Part shown: positions 50,365 through 58,260 of the stretch, piece after piece
How the letters are laid out: every line of letters starts with the position of its first letter
Position numbering within the stretch: position 1 is the stretch's first letter
IMG/VR virus record: IMGVR_UViG_3300034980_000576
Span: 35,322-99,321 of that record
Reading direction: 5' to 3' (one strand)
From: a virus
Length of the DNA: 64,000 bases
The notes under the pieces: model-generated
Databases searched by the model: none
The model's input: only the letters and a program-made list of their open reading frames with translations
What the model was told of the DNA's origin: nothing
Translations under genes and position numbers: made by a program

Positions 50365-50601
50365 ATGAAACAACTGTTTGAAAATTGGCGAAAGTGTTTA
50401 AACGAAGTCTCAATGGACGATGTGCACAAATTGTTTGTAAAGTACGATCTTCCAGAAAAAGAAGAACAACTTGTTGTCAAAGCCGCCGAACAAGCTGTCT
50501 TAAATAAAGACAAGGTGATGTTTGATAACTTGCCGGCAAACTTAAAAGCTGCAGCAAAAGAATTAATTGATATAAACATGCAACTGCGCAAGGGTTTATA
50601 A
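50365..50601 (+). CDS. cassette protein, type-B leader
   Basis: MKQLFENWRKCLNE; flanked by two identical 28-bp repeats. Confidence 0.75.
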   Translation: MKQLFENWRKCLNEVSMDDVHKLFVKYDLPEKEEQLVVKAAEQAVLNKDKVMFDNLPANLKAAAKELIDINMQLRKGL

Positions 50602-50620
50602 GTATGAATGGATTAGCAAC

Positions 50621-51118
50621 ATGAAAATCACAAAATCACAACTTAAACAGATTATCAAAGAAGAGCTTACAAATACTTTGAGCGAGATCTCGGCCGCCGA
50701 CGCCGAATCAATACTGGCACCCGCAGAGCCGCAAGACAACCTGCCGCGTGATGTCAGGAAAAAGGCTTTCGGCTCCGAAGGAGCAGAAGTGCTCGACATG
50801 CTCGACCCCGAAGCAGTGCTCAGCGCCGCCCGAAACTCAGAAGAATATAAACACACAACAGCCCGCTACTCTCGGTCCGCGGCCAACCAACTAGGATATG
50901 TAAGTCATGACCCAGTTTTACACATGGTGATAAACGGTATGTGTAAAACCATGGGGAAGGGCGACAATTGCCAACCTATTTATCATCATGGTGATCGTGA
51001 ATATGGATATCGGATAAACTTTGGATTATTCGGCCCAGTAGGTAAAAGAACCAAATTTGGAAAAATGGTAGATGATCTTTATGATCAAATATCGAACGAG
51101 TTAAAGCCCAAAGCATGA
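50621..51118 (+). CDS. cassette protein, type-A leader
   Basis: MKITKSQLKQIIKEEL; ends KA* within the next repeat. Confidence 0.75.
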   Translation: MKITKSQLKQIIKEELTNTLSEISAADAESILAPAEPQDNLPRDVRKKAFGSEGAEVLDMLDPEAVLSAARNSEEYKHTTARYSRSAANQLGYVSHDPVLHMVINGMCKTMGKGDNCQPIYHHGDREYGYRINFGLFGPVGKRTKFGKMVDDLYDQISNELKPKA

Positions 51119-51146
51119 ATGGATTAGCAACATAAAGGATAATAAA

Positions 51147-51425
51147 ATGAAGATTACAAAACAACAACTTAAACAGATTATCAAAGAAGAGCTTGAGAAT
51201 TTAATAGAAGCAGACGAAGCATGGGTTTTAAGAAAGTCTGGCGCCAGTGACGCTAGCTCCTTCCTACATCCAACCCCTGCATCGGATCAGAAAAAGGGAA
51301 ATTATAAGTGGGGAGCCAAGGAAGGCGCCCGCACTTTTAAAGGCGAAAATGCGAAGCTTCGTGCCGAGGACGAGAAAAAAAGATTAGCAGAGAAAGGCAT
51401 TACTGTTAGTATAGAGAAGAAATAG
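51147..51425 (+). CDS. cassette protein, type-A leader
   Basis: MKITKQQLKQIIKEEL; RBS aagga. Confidence 0.75.
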   Translation: MKITKQQLKQIIKEELENLIEADEAWVLRKSGASDASSFLHPTPASDQKKGNYKWGAKEGARTFKGENAKLRAEDEKKRLAEKGITVSIEKK

Positions 51426-51899
51426 ATGAAACAACTATTTGAAAATTGGAACAGATACTTGAATGAAGGAGGCGCCGTCGGGCACCTTTTTGGAGTAGAT
51501 GATAATCCAGATTTATCCCAAGATCGAGATGGATTTAAAACCGCTAAAAAACCCATTCCATTAGAATTTAGATATGCCGAAGCCGATGAGACAATCGAAA
51601 CAAAGGAAGGCCCCGTTGGCGCTAATGCTGGAGATGCTATTATGACCGGCACAGAAGGCGAGCAATGGCCAATCCCCGCAGAGAAGTTCGCGCAAACATA
51701 TAACGATCTTGGAGATGGCACAGCATCGAAGAAAGACATTCCAGTTTTTGCCAAGCAAATGATGGTTCCCTTCAAGGTCAAAGTATCGTGGTCAAATGAT
51801 TTACTCCAAGGAGAGCCGGGAGACTATTTAGTACAATACGGCCCGGGCGATTATGGGGTGGTTGGTAGAGAAATCTTTGCCAAAACTTACAAAGCATGA
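51426..51899 (+). CDS. cassette protein, type-B leader fused to PGDYG-family domain
   Basis: MKQLFENWNRYLNE, then IETKEGPV...GDAIMTGTEGEQWPI...F..TY, repeated as GDYLVQYGPGDYGVVGREIFAKTY. Confidence 0.75.
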   Translation: MKQLFENWNRYLNEGGAVGHLFGVDDNPDLSQDRDGFKTAKKPIPLEFRYAEADETIETKEGPVGANAGDAIMTGTEGEQWPIPAEKFAQTYNDLGDGTASKKDIPVFAKQMMVPFKVKVSWSNDLLQGEPGDYLVQYGPGDYGVVGREIFAKTYKA

Positions 51900-51929
51900 A
51901 TGGATTAGCAATATAAAAGGAATAATATA

Positions 51930-52508
51930 ATGGCTATAAGAAAAAACAAGAAATTTATTGATCCTCGTTACTTTATGGACGAGAAGACCGAGACCACTAA
52001 CGAAGCGTGGGATCCACATGGGAACTGGAAATCCCGATTCCCAGACGGACGCTCTAAAGGTAGTGACGCCGAGCCTGAAACGGATGAAGAGCGTGCACAC
52101 CGCCGGGCAAAAGAAGCCCGCGAAGATGAACGACGCAGAGAGGCTGGTCTCCCGCCAAGAAAAAGCAAGTACTTTGAAGAGAACGAAAACGAATCACCAT
52201 ACGAGCCAGATCCTCGTCTAACCCGCGGCCTGGAAAAATCTATGGCTGCCGGAGAAGCAGATAGGGCGCCCGAAGAGATCATGCGCGATGTCGCCGACGC
52301 CATAGCAGACAAGTTTAATGTCGAGGCATCCGTTGAGATCGCTAGCGATGGAAAGCCTGCTATTTTGGTAACACATCAAGATGGAGAAACTACAGCATAT
52401 GACGACACCGAAGAAATGTACAAAGATTTAGCAGATGAAATAGGTCGCGATATACATGGCGACTCCGATCGAGATGAAGATAATTGGCTGTACGGTGCGG
52501 AGTATTAA
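51930..52508 (+). CDS. cassette protein, highly charged hypothetical
   Basis: RBS aagga; N-terminus MAIRKNKKFIDPRYFMDE. Confidence 0.65.
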   Translation: MAIRKNKKFIDPRYFMDEKTETTNEAWDPHGNWKSRFPDGRSKGSDAEPETDEERAHRRAKEAREDERRREAGLPPRKSKYFEENENESPYEPDPRLTRGLEKSMAAGEADRAPEEIMRDVADAIADKFNVEASVEIASDGKPAILVTHQDGETTAYDDTEEMYKDLADEIGRDIHGDSDRDEDNWLYGAEY

Positions 52509-52513
52509 GAAAA

Positions 52514-52801
52514 ATGAAAATCACTAAATCACAACTTAAACAGATTATTGTAGAAGAACTTAGAGACTACTACGGTGGAGAATCGCACCCTCAATCAGAG
52601 CGTGATGCTGCGCAGCCTCGCCGTCCCGAAGCCGACAGTTTTTCGGGTCATTTGTCCCTGTCCAATTCCATCCGCGATGCTATCATCGGTCATCTGGAGA
52701 ATGAGAAGTTTTTCGAGATGGGCGCGATTCCGCAATCCGTTATCAGAGTTATTGAAAATTCCTCCGTACGTATCTCCGACGCAGTGGAAGGAATGGATTA
52801 G
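52514..52801 (+). CDS. cassette protein, type-A leader
   Basis: MKITKSQLKQIIVEEL from ATG 52514; its TAG stop is inside the repeat. Confidence 0.7.
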   Translation: MKITKSQLKQIIVEELRDYYGGESHPQSERDAAQPRRPEADSFSGHLSLSNSIRDAIIGHLENEKFFEMGAIPQSVIRVIENSSVRISDAVEGMD

Positions 52802-52805
52802 CAAC

Positions 52806-52898
52806 ATGAAGATCACCAAGTCCCAACTTAAACAAATTATCAAAGAAGACACCGAGGATTCCACAAAGAACTCAAAACGAGCAAAAGGATTAAGTTAA
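52806..52898 (+). CDS. 30-aa leader-only ORF (possible cassette remnant)
   Basis: MKITKSQLKQIIKEDTEDSTKNSKRAKGLS*; the ATG is in the repeat and the stop overlaps the next ATG. Confidence 0.5.
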   Translation: MKITKSQLKQIIKEDTEDSTKNSKRAKGLS

Positions 52899-53191
52899 TG
52901 AATTTATTAAAAGAATTTTGGAATTGGTTTACAACACCAAAAGAGGATGCATGTTGTACAGAACCGCAGGAGGCTACACCAGTCGAGGTCGAGGAAGACT
53001 GCTGTGGAAAATTATTTCTTGAAATGCTCCAGCGCGCCGGCATCTCAAAATATGTGATCAAGGTCAACGGTATAGAGCTTTTTGAAGGTTGGTATGACGG
53101 CCCGTGCACCGAAGAGGCAATTCTAGAAGCACTTCCGGGGTTTAAAGAAGTCTACCCTGTTGTGGGTGCAAAAATGTGTGGGCGCCTATAA
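52898..53191 (+). CDS. hypothetical Cys-rich protein
   Basis: 97 aa, coupled to its neighbours; two CC pairs. Confidence 0.55.
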   Translation: MNLLKEFWNWFTTPKEDACCTEPQEATPVEVEEDCCGKLFLEMLQRAGISKYVIKVNGIELFEGWYDGPCTEEAILEALPGFKEVYPVVGAKMCGRL

Positions 53192-53192
53192 A

Positions 53193-53630
53193 ATGAAAAT
53201 CACTAAGTCTCAACTCAAGCAGATCATTAAAGAAGAAATCTTTTCTATGAATGAGTACGGTTCAGTCTCTAATTTTGGAGGCATGGCCACAAGTTTGGCG
53301 TCCGTTAGGGAACCAGTGAACCACATGCAGGATGGGCCTGACTCTATTGTGCAGTCAAAAGCGACAGGATTTTTTATGGACTTAGGCTTGAACGCCGAGA
53401 TTACGGCCGTTATGGTTAATAATATTGCTATTCCGGATTTAATTTCTGTCATGGAGAAAATACCCAAAATCTGGACGGCAGATGAAGAGCCGTTGGAAGA
53501 AGTGTCCTCGGAAAAACAACGCCGCTGGGCATGCGCGCAAAAAGATAAGCCGGCCAGCGACCGCGCTGATAGCCTCTCAGCAAAAGAAGCAGAAGAGATG
53601 TGCACATCAAAAATAGAAGAAGACGATTGA
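53193..53630 (+). CDS. hypothetical protein with type-A leader
   Basis: MKITKSQLKQIIKEEI from ATG 53193; C-terminal SEKQRRWACAQ. Confidence 0.7.
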   Translation: MKITKSQLKQIIKEEIFSMNEYGSVSNFGGMATSLASVREPVNHMQDGPDSIVQSKATGFFMDLGLNAEITAVMVNNIAIPDLISVMEKIPKIWTADEEPLEEVSSEKQRRWACAQKDKPASDRADSLSAKEAEEMCTSKIEEDD

Positions 53631-53674
53631 GCGGATAAAGAGAAGTCCGGTCGGACTCGACATTGGAGTGATAA

Positions 53675-53875
53675 ATGATGGTAAAAGCACAGGCGTTTGT
53701 AGACACATGGTTAGCTAAACTCACATCCCGTAAGCTTATGGTGTGGGCTACTGCAACTGCCCTAACTTTTACTGGGCATGTAACGAGCGAAGACTGGGTT
53801 TTGATTTCGGCGATCTATATTGGAGGCCAGACTATTATTGATGGTGTTGCTAGGCTGCGAGGATATAATGATTAA
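53675..53875 (+). CDS. putative holin
   Basis: 66 aa, dual Met start after RBS ggag, LTSRKL followed by two hydrophobic segments. Confidence 0.5.
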   Translation: MMVKAQAFVDTWLAKLTSRKLMVWATATALTFTGHVTSEDWVLISAIYIGGQTIIDGVARLRGYND

Positions 53876-54251
53876 GAAACAAATATTGAGCTTCACGTTA
53901 AAGAACTGGAAGGCAATACTAATCGTGTTGCTTTCTCTCGTTGTGGCTATGAAAACTCGCTATGATTATAGCTTGATGCTCAAAGCACATGAGGTTCAAT
54001 CGGATTCCCACAAAGCACAAATTGCCGGGCTCAAAGAAATTCACAAGCAGGAGATTCGAGAAAAGCAATTGTTGATGGAAAGCTTCTTAGAGTCAATTGC
54101 AACAATTGAAGAAGAGTACGAGAAGGCTCAAGAGGAGCTTGAAACACTTCGAGAGAAAAAGAATAGCGAATACAAAAGAAAATTCAGACATGATAAGCAT
54201 GCACTAATTAAAGATATAGAGACAAAGTTTGGTATTGAATATGTTCCTTAA
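53868..54251 (+). CDS. putative i-spanin-like protein (N-terminal TM + coiled coil)
   Basis: WKAILIVLLSLVVAM TM segment, then a helical charged region; follows the holin-like gene; ATG 53868 after gagga. Confidence 0.45.
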   Translation: MIKKQILSFTLKNWKAILIVLLSLVVAMKTRYDYSLMLKAHEVQSDSHKAQIAGLKEIHKQEIREKQLLMESFLESIATIEEEYEKAQEELETLREKKNSEYKRKFRHDKHALIKDIETKFGIEYVP

Positions 54252-54660
54252 TCTTCTTTTGATGTTGAGTCTTTCGGCAAATGCAACGGAGCCTGCCAAA
54301 TTTTCCATACTGGAGTATAAGGCGCCCGCACCGTTCGCAGGTGTAATTTTTGATGAGAAAGCCATGGCAAAGATGTTATCAGATTATGATCTTGCTATGT
54401 ATGCTTGTGACATAAAAACTGAATACCAACTAAAGATTCAAAAAGAAGAGTACGACTTTAAGCTGAAAAATCTAAAAATAGAACATAAAGCCTTAACAGA
54501 TGAATACGATTTGTTTATAATGCAAAAGGATAAAGAGATTAATATATTGGCAGACTCACTAAAAAAAACTTCCCCGGGCTACAAATGGTTGTATTTTGCT
54601 GGTGGGATCCTTATTGGTACTGCAAGCTCTTACGGCGTATATAGGGCATTAAATGACTAA
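54241..54660 (+). CDS. secreted/membrane protein (signal peptide, coiled coil, C-terminal TM); possible spanin partner
   Basis: MFLNLLLMLSLSANA signal-like N-terminus; WLYFAGGILIGTASSYGVY C-terminal TM; overlaps the previous gene. Confidence 0.45.
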   Translation: MFLNLLLMLSLSANATEPAKFSILEYKAPAPFAGVIFDEKAMAKMLSDYDLAMYACDIKTEYQLKIQKEEYDFKLKNLKIEHKALTDEYDLFIMQKDKEINILADSLKKTSPGYKWLYFAGGILIGTASSYGVYRALND

Positions 54661-55042
54661 AAAAGATTTAAATTATATTGCAGCCGTTGAGAAAGCAATC
54701 ACCGACAAATATGGAGAAGAAACCGTACAGAACCCAAGAACTGAGTGGGGCCCCGATCGAGAGAAAGAACACCTCTTGCAAATGAAAGAGTTATATGAAA
54801 AAACACTCAGGAATGAAGCAGCTACAGAGAAAGTAGACATAAATGGTATAAAGGTTTCAAAAAAACTACTTAATAGGGAGCCTTTGAAGAAATGTCCCAC
54901 TTGCGGTATATTGCCGCGAAAATCCCGGGATGATATTAGTCTTCTAAAATTTCAGTGTTGTTATACATGCTATATTCAATACGTGGAAGGAAGAGAGGAT
55001 AGGTGGGAAAAAGGATGGAGACCCAATGAAACTAAATTCTAG
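54653..55042 (+). CDS. hypothetical protein with C-terminal CxxC..CxxC zinc finger
   Basis: CPTC ... CYTC. Confidence 0.6.
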   Translation: MTKKDLNYIAAVEKAITDKYGEETVQNPRTEWGPDREKEHLLQMKELYEKTLRNEAATEKVDINGIKVSKKLLNREPLKKCPTCGILPRKSRDDISLLKFQCCYTCYIQYVEGREDRWEKGWRPNETKF

Positions 55043-55373
55043 AACCCTTAAAGACATGATAAAAGAAGTTCTTTCTGAGGAAAACCAAGTCGATCCCACC
55101 AAATTAAAATCAACTGCGATGTCCACGTCGCAGAGGAAACAAACCAGTGTTGATAGAATCACCACAGATGATTCCGAGTTTACTTCACAAGAAAAGGGAA
55201 TCCTAGATCAAATAGAAGGCTTTCTGTCAGACCTGGCAGCCCAACCCGGAGTTGATATGACAAAGTATCGCAGCCAACTCGAACGAGTCATGAAACTTTT
55301 ACAACAATCTGTTTCTTCGACAAGCTCAGCTGCAGAGCAACCCCAACCACCAACAATAAGAGGACAACAATAA
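55026..55373 (+). CDS. hypothetical protein with divergent type-A leader
   Basis: MKLNSRTLKDMIKEVLSE; RBS ggag. Confidence 0.6.
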   Translation: MKLNSRTLKDMIKEVLSEENQVDPTKLKSTAMSTSQRKQTSVDRITTDDSEFTSQEKGILDQIEGFLSDLAAQPGVDMTKYRSQLERVMKLLQQSVSSTSSAAEQPQPPTIRGQQ

Positions 55374-55921
55374 TGGCAACGGTTTATGAAATTGTACAGG
55401 GTTTATCCCAAGCAGCAGCAAATGCATATGACGGAGCATTGGACGAGAAGGGCGAGCCCCTCAAAGCCAGTCTCCAGAGAGAAGAAGGAGACCCAATTCT
55501 TGATAGAAGAGTTATCGACGGCTTCGGTGTTAAATTTTACGGAAACATGATGTGTATCACATATCACTCAGAAGTTCAGTTAAAAGAAGTACACGTACCC
55601 GGCTTTGAAGATGATATTGTTAGCAAGATTGGAGATATATCAAAATTTCTTAAAAAAGAATATAAAAAGATCACCGGCTCCCCCGTCACTTTAACTGCGT
55701 CTGGAGACGCCGAGGTTACTGTCGAGTCTACATCCCGGATCCGGTCTTGGGTCGTCGCGAAGATGCACTATAAGGTCGGCGGCCTTGACGAAGAAATGGG
55801 GATACTGCCAGACTCAAAAAAGAAACCAGAAGGCAGTTGGCAGGATTTTATGTCCCAGGGCGGCTGGAATGGAACCGGCGGCAAGCGCCCACAAAACGAT
55901 ACCAGAAAAAAGGAATCGTAA
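55373..55921 (+). CDS. hypothetical protein
   Basis: 182-aa ORF, RBS gagga, coupled to the upstream stop. Confidence 0.65.
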   Translation: MATVYEIVQGLSQAAANAYDGALDEKGEPLKASLQREEGDPILDRRVIDGFGVKFYGNMMCITYHSEVQLKEVHVPGFEDDIVSKIGDISKFLKKEYKKITGSPVTLTASGDAEVTVESTSRIRSWVVAKMHYKVGGLDEEMGILPDSKKKPEGSWQDFMSQGGWNGTGGKRPQNDTRKKES

Positions 55922-55922
55922 A

Positions 55923-56672
55923 ATGAAAATCGCCAAGTCCCAACTGCAACAAATTATTATAGAAGAATATCTCCGCGAAGAAGGAATTCAGTTAGAGGCT
56001 TTAGATCCAGATAAATTTGAAGAGTTTAAGGCGTGGGTTAATAAGACCGGCCCAAAACCCGACTGGCTCGATGACTATGGTAAAAGCAAAAAGCACGTAC
56101 CGAATGCTCCCTCCGTACCGGACAACGCTCTCAGTGCCCTCGAAACAATGCCCATGGATATCCCATCAGATGACGCCACAGAGCGCGATGTTGGTAGCTT
56201 CCAAGATCGATCCGGCCCATCTGACGGCCCTTTAGCGGATCCGAGAGACATGTCAGATGAAGATCTTGTTGATGCTATTTCGAATATGATCCAAGGTCGA
56301 GATCCTGAGCGCGTAGCTGAGCTTTTTCAGGTGGTGTTTTCTAATCTCCCTGACGTGGAAATGTCTTCTCCGGAAGATGAAATACCCGGCACGGAATATG
56401 TTCCCGGAGCAATGGGCCGACCAACAGCTGGCTTCAAGCTTGAAGAACTAAAGGGTTTGATCAGAGAAGTATTGGCAGAAGGCCACTACCACGACATGGG
56501 CGCCGAAGACGAAATGTACGACGCATTAGATCCTCACGGATTTAACAAAATGTCTGATGCGCAGATAGTTGATCAAGCTTGGAAAGATGGAATTGAAGAA
56601 ATGATTGCGCTTGATGGCGAAGGCACCATCGCCAATAGAGAAGAGGTTATAGCAGCACTACAAGATGTATGA
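55923..56672 (+). CDS. acidic hypothetical protein with type-A leader
   Basis: MKIAKSQLQQIIIEEYL from ATG 55923 after aagga; internal LEELKGLIREVLAE. Confidence 0.65.
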   Translation: MKIAKSQLQQIIIEEYLREEGIQLEALDPDKFEEFKAWVNKTGPKPDWLDDYGKSKKHVPNAPSVPDNALSALETMPMDIPSDDATERDVGSFQDRSGPSDGPLADPRDMSDEDLVDAISNMIQGRDPERVAELFQVVFSNLPDVEMSSPEDEIPGTEYVPGAMGRPTAGFKLEELKGLIREVLAEGHYHDMGAEDEMYDALDPHGFNKMSDAQIVDQAWKDGIEEMIALDGEGTIANREEVIAALQDV

Positions 56673-58252
56673 GTTTTCAACTAACGAAAAAAGAGCAAGT
56701 AAAAGAAATATTGAAATGTGGCAAGGATCCATCTTACTTTCTTAAAAATTTCGCCCGGATATCTCATCCGATGCACGGGCAGATCCTTTTTGATACATAT
56801 GATTTTCAAGATTTGCTCCTCACTGATTTTAACGATTATCGATTTAACGTTATTTTGAAAGCAAGACAACTTGGGATATCAACCATTACCGCGGGCTATA
56901 TCGCTTGGATGATGTTATTCCACAGGGATAAGTCTATTTTGGTTATGGCAACAAAGTTTGCAACTGCTGGTAACTTGGTTAAAAAAGTCAAGAGCATTAT
57001 GAAAAATCTACCGCATTGGATACGTATTTCTTCCATATCTGTCGACAACCGAACTTCATTTGAATTATCGAATGGCTCTTCAATTAAAGCGGCATCTACT
57101 TCTGGTGATGCGGGTCGTTCTGAAGCCCTGTCTCTCTTGGTCCTCGACGAAGCTGCCCACATTGAGGGTCTTGAAGGATTGTGGACCGGTCTATATCCCA
57201 CGCTCTCAACTGGTGGCCGCTGCATCGCGCTCTCAACCCCGAATGGCGTGGGGAACTGGTTTCATAGAGCTTGTATGGATGCGGAAGCCGGCACTAATAA
57301 TTTCAATTTAACTACGCTCGCTTGGGATGTTCACCCCGATCGCGACGAGATCTGGTATCAGAAAGAAACCAAGAATATGTCTAAGAGACAGATTGCACAA
57401 GAGCTAGAATGTAATTTTAACACTTCTGGAGAAACTGTAGTAGATCCAGAATGTATGGAGTGGCTGCTTTCTAATGTGACCGATCCTAAACATAAAACCG
57501 GCTTCGATCGCAACTTTTGGATTTGGGAAGAATTCGATCCCACCTGCAACTATTTGATGGTTGCAGATGTTGCCCGCGGCGATGGAGCGGACTTCTCAGC
57601 GTTTCATATAATAAAGCTTGAAACACTACAAGTGGTAGGGGAATACCAAGGAAAGCCCTCCCTGGATATGTACGCGGGGATGCTTAATCAAATAGGAAGA
57701 GAGTACGGCAATTGTATGCTTGTGGTCGAAAATAATAATGTCGGTTACTCTGTGCTAAATAAATTGATAGAACATGGATACCCAAATGTATATCATTCTA
57801 TAAAGTCTAGTCACGAATATATAGAGCAATATCAAGCCGAAGGCATATCTTCGGCGGTCCCCGGATTTACAACTTCTATGAAAACTAGACCACTTATAAT
57901 CGCGAAAATGGAAGAGTTTATAAGAAATAAACTAATTACCATATATTCTTCTCGCACAATCAGCGAGATGAAGACTTTTATTTGGAGGAATGGTAAACCC
58001 CAGGCGATGAAAGGATACCATGATGATCTTATCATGGCTCTCGCAATTGCATGCTGGGTTAGAGACACCGCACTTCAAAGTAATGCCCGAGACTTAAATT
58101 ATCAAAGAGCTTTTGCAAATGCGATTATAACTTCAAAAACCACAATGAATACGAAAATAAGTGGTCAACATGGCTACAAAAAAGATAATATTTTTGATAA
58201 AATGAGTGAAGCAGAGAAAATGTACCAACAATATAAATGGATTATAAAGTGA
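56669..58252 (+). CDS. terL: terminase large subunit (T4 gp17-like)
   Basis: Walker A KARQLGIS, Walker B LVLDEAAH, coupling motif STPNG, nuclease motifs ADVARGDGADFSA and HDDLIMA. Confidence 0.95.
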   Translation: MSFQLTKKEQVKEILKCGKDPSYFLKNFARISHPMHGQILFDTYDFQDLLLTDFNDYRFNVILKARQLGISTITAGYIAWMMLFHRDKSILVMATKFATAGNLVKKVKSIMKNLPHWIRISSISVDNRTSFELSNGSSIKAASTSGDAGRSEALSLLVLDEAAHIEGLEGLWTGLYPTLSTGGRCIALSTPNGVGNWFHRACMDAEAGTNNFNLTTLAWDVHPDRDEIWYQKETKNMSKRQIAQELECNFNTSGETVVDPECMEWLLSNVTDPKHKTGFDRNFWIWEEFDPTCNYLMVADVARGDGADFSAFHIIKLETLQVVGEYQGKPSLDMYAGMLNQIGREYGNCMLVVENNNVGYSVLNKLIEHGYPNVYHSIKSSHEYIEQYQAEGISSAVPGFTTSMKTRPLIIAKMEEFIRNKLITIYSSRTISEMKTFIWRNGKPQAMKGYHDDLIMALAIACWVRDTALQSNARDLNYQRAFANAIITSKTTMNTKISGQHGYKKDNIFDKMSEAEKMYQQYKWIIK

Positions 58253-58260
58253 GTAAATAA

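Larger units (their letters stand above)
49721..52810 (+). repeat. array of seven ~26-bp direct repeats (TAAGYATGAATGGATTAGCAACATGA) separating gene cassettes
   Basis: Copies at 49721..49748, 50034..50059 (degenerate), 50343..50370, 50599..50626, 51111..51133, 51892..51914 and 52791..52810. Confidence 0.93.

Noticed and set aside
49721-52810. CRISPR array interpretation of the ~26-bp direct repeats
   Set aside because: The intervening segments are 0.25-0.9 kb and contain full ORFs, the repeat is not palindromic, and no cas genes are in the window.
49721-52810. Classical integron (attC sites)
   Set aside because: I saw no inverted-repeat attC structure, no GTTRRRY/RYYYAAC core pairs and no tyrosine integrase; only the cassette logic is analogous.
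44101-55922. Track start positions 44101, 49659, 52484, 52575, 53160, 53820, 54229, 55785 (also 40275, 60221)
   Set aside because: Downstream starts have an RBS, begin at the conserved leader, or avoid long overlaps, so the starts were moved.
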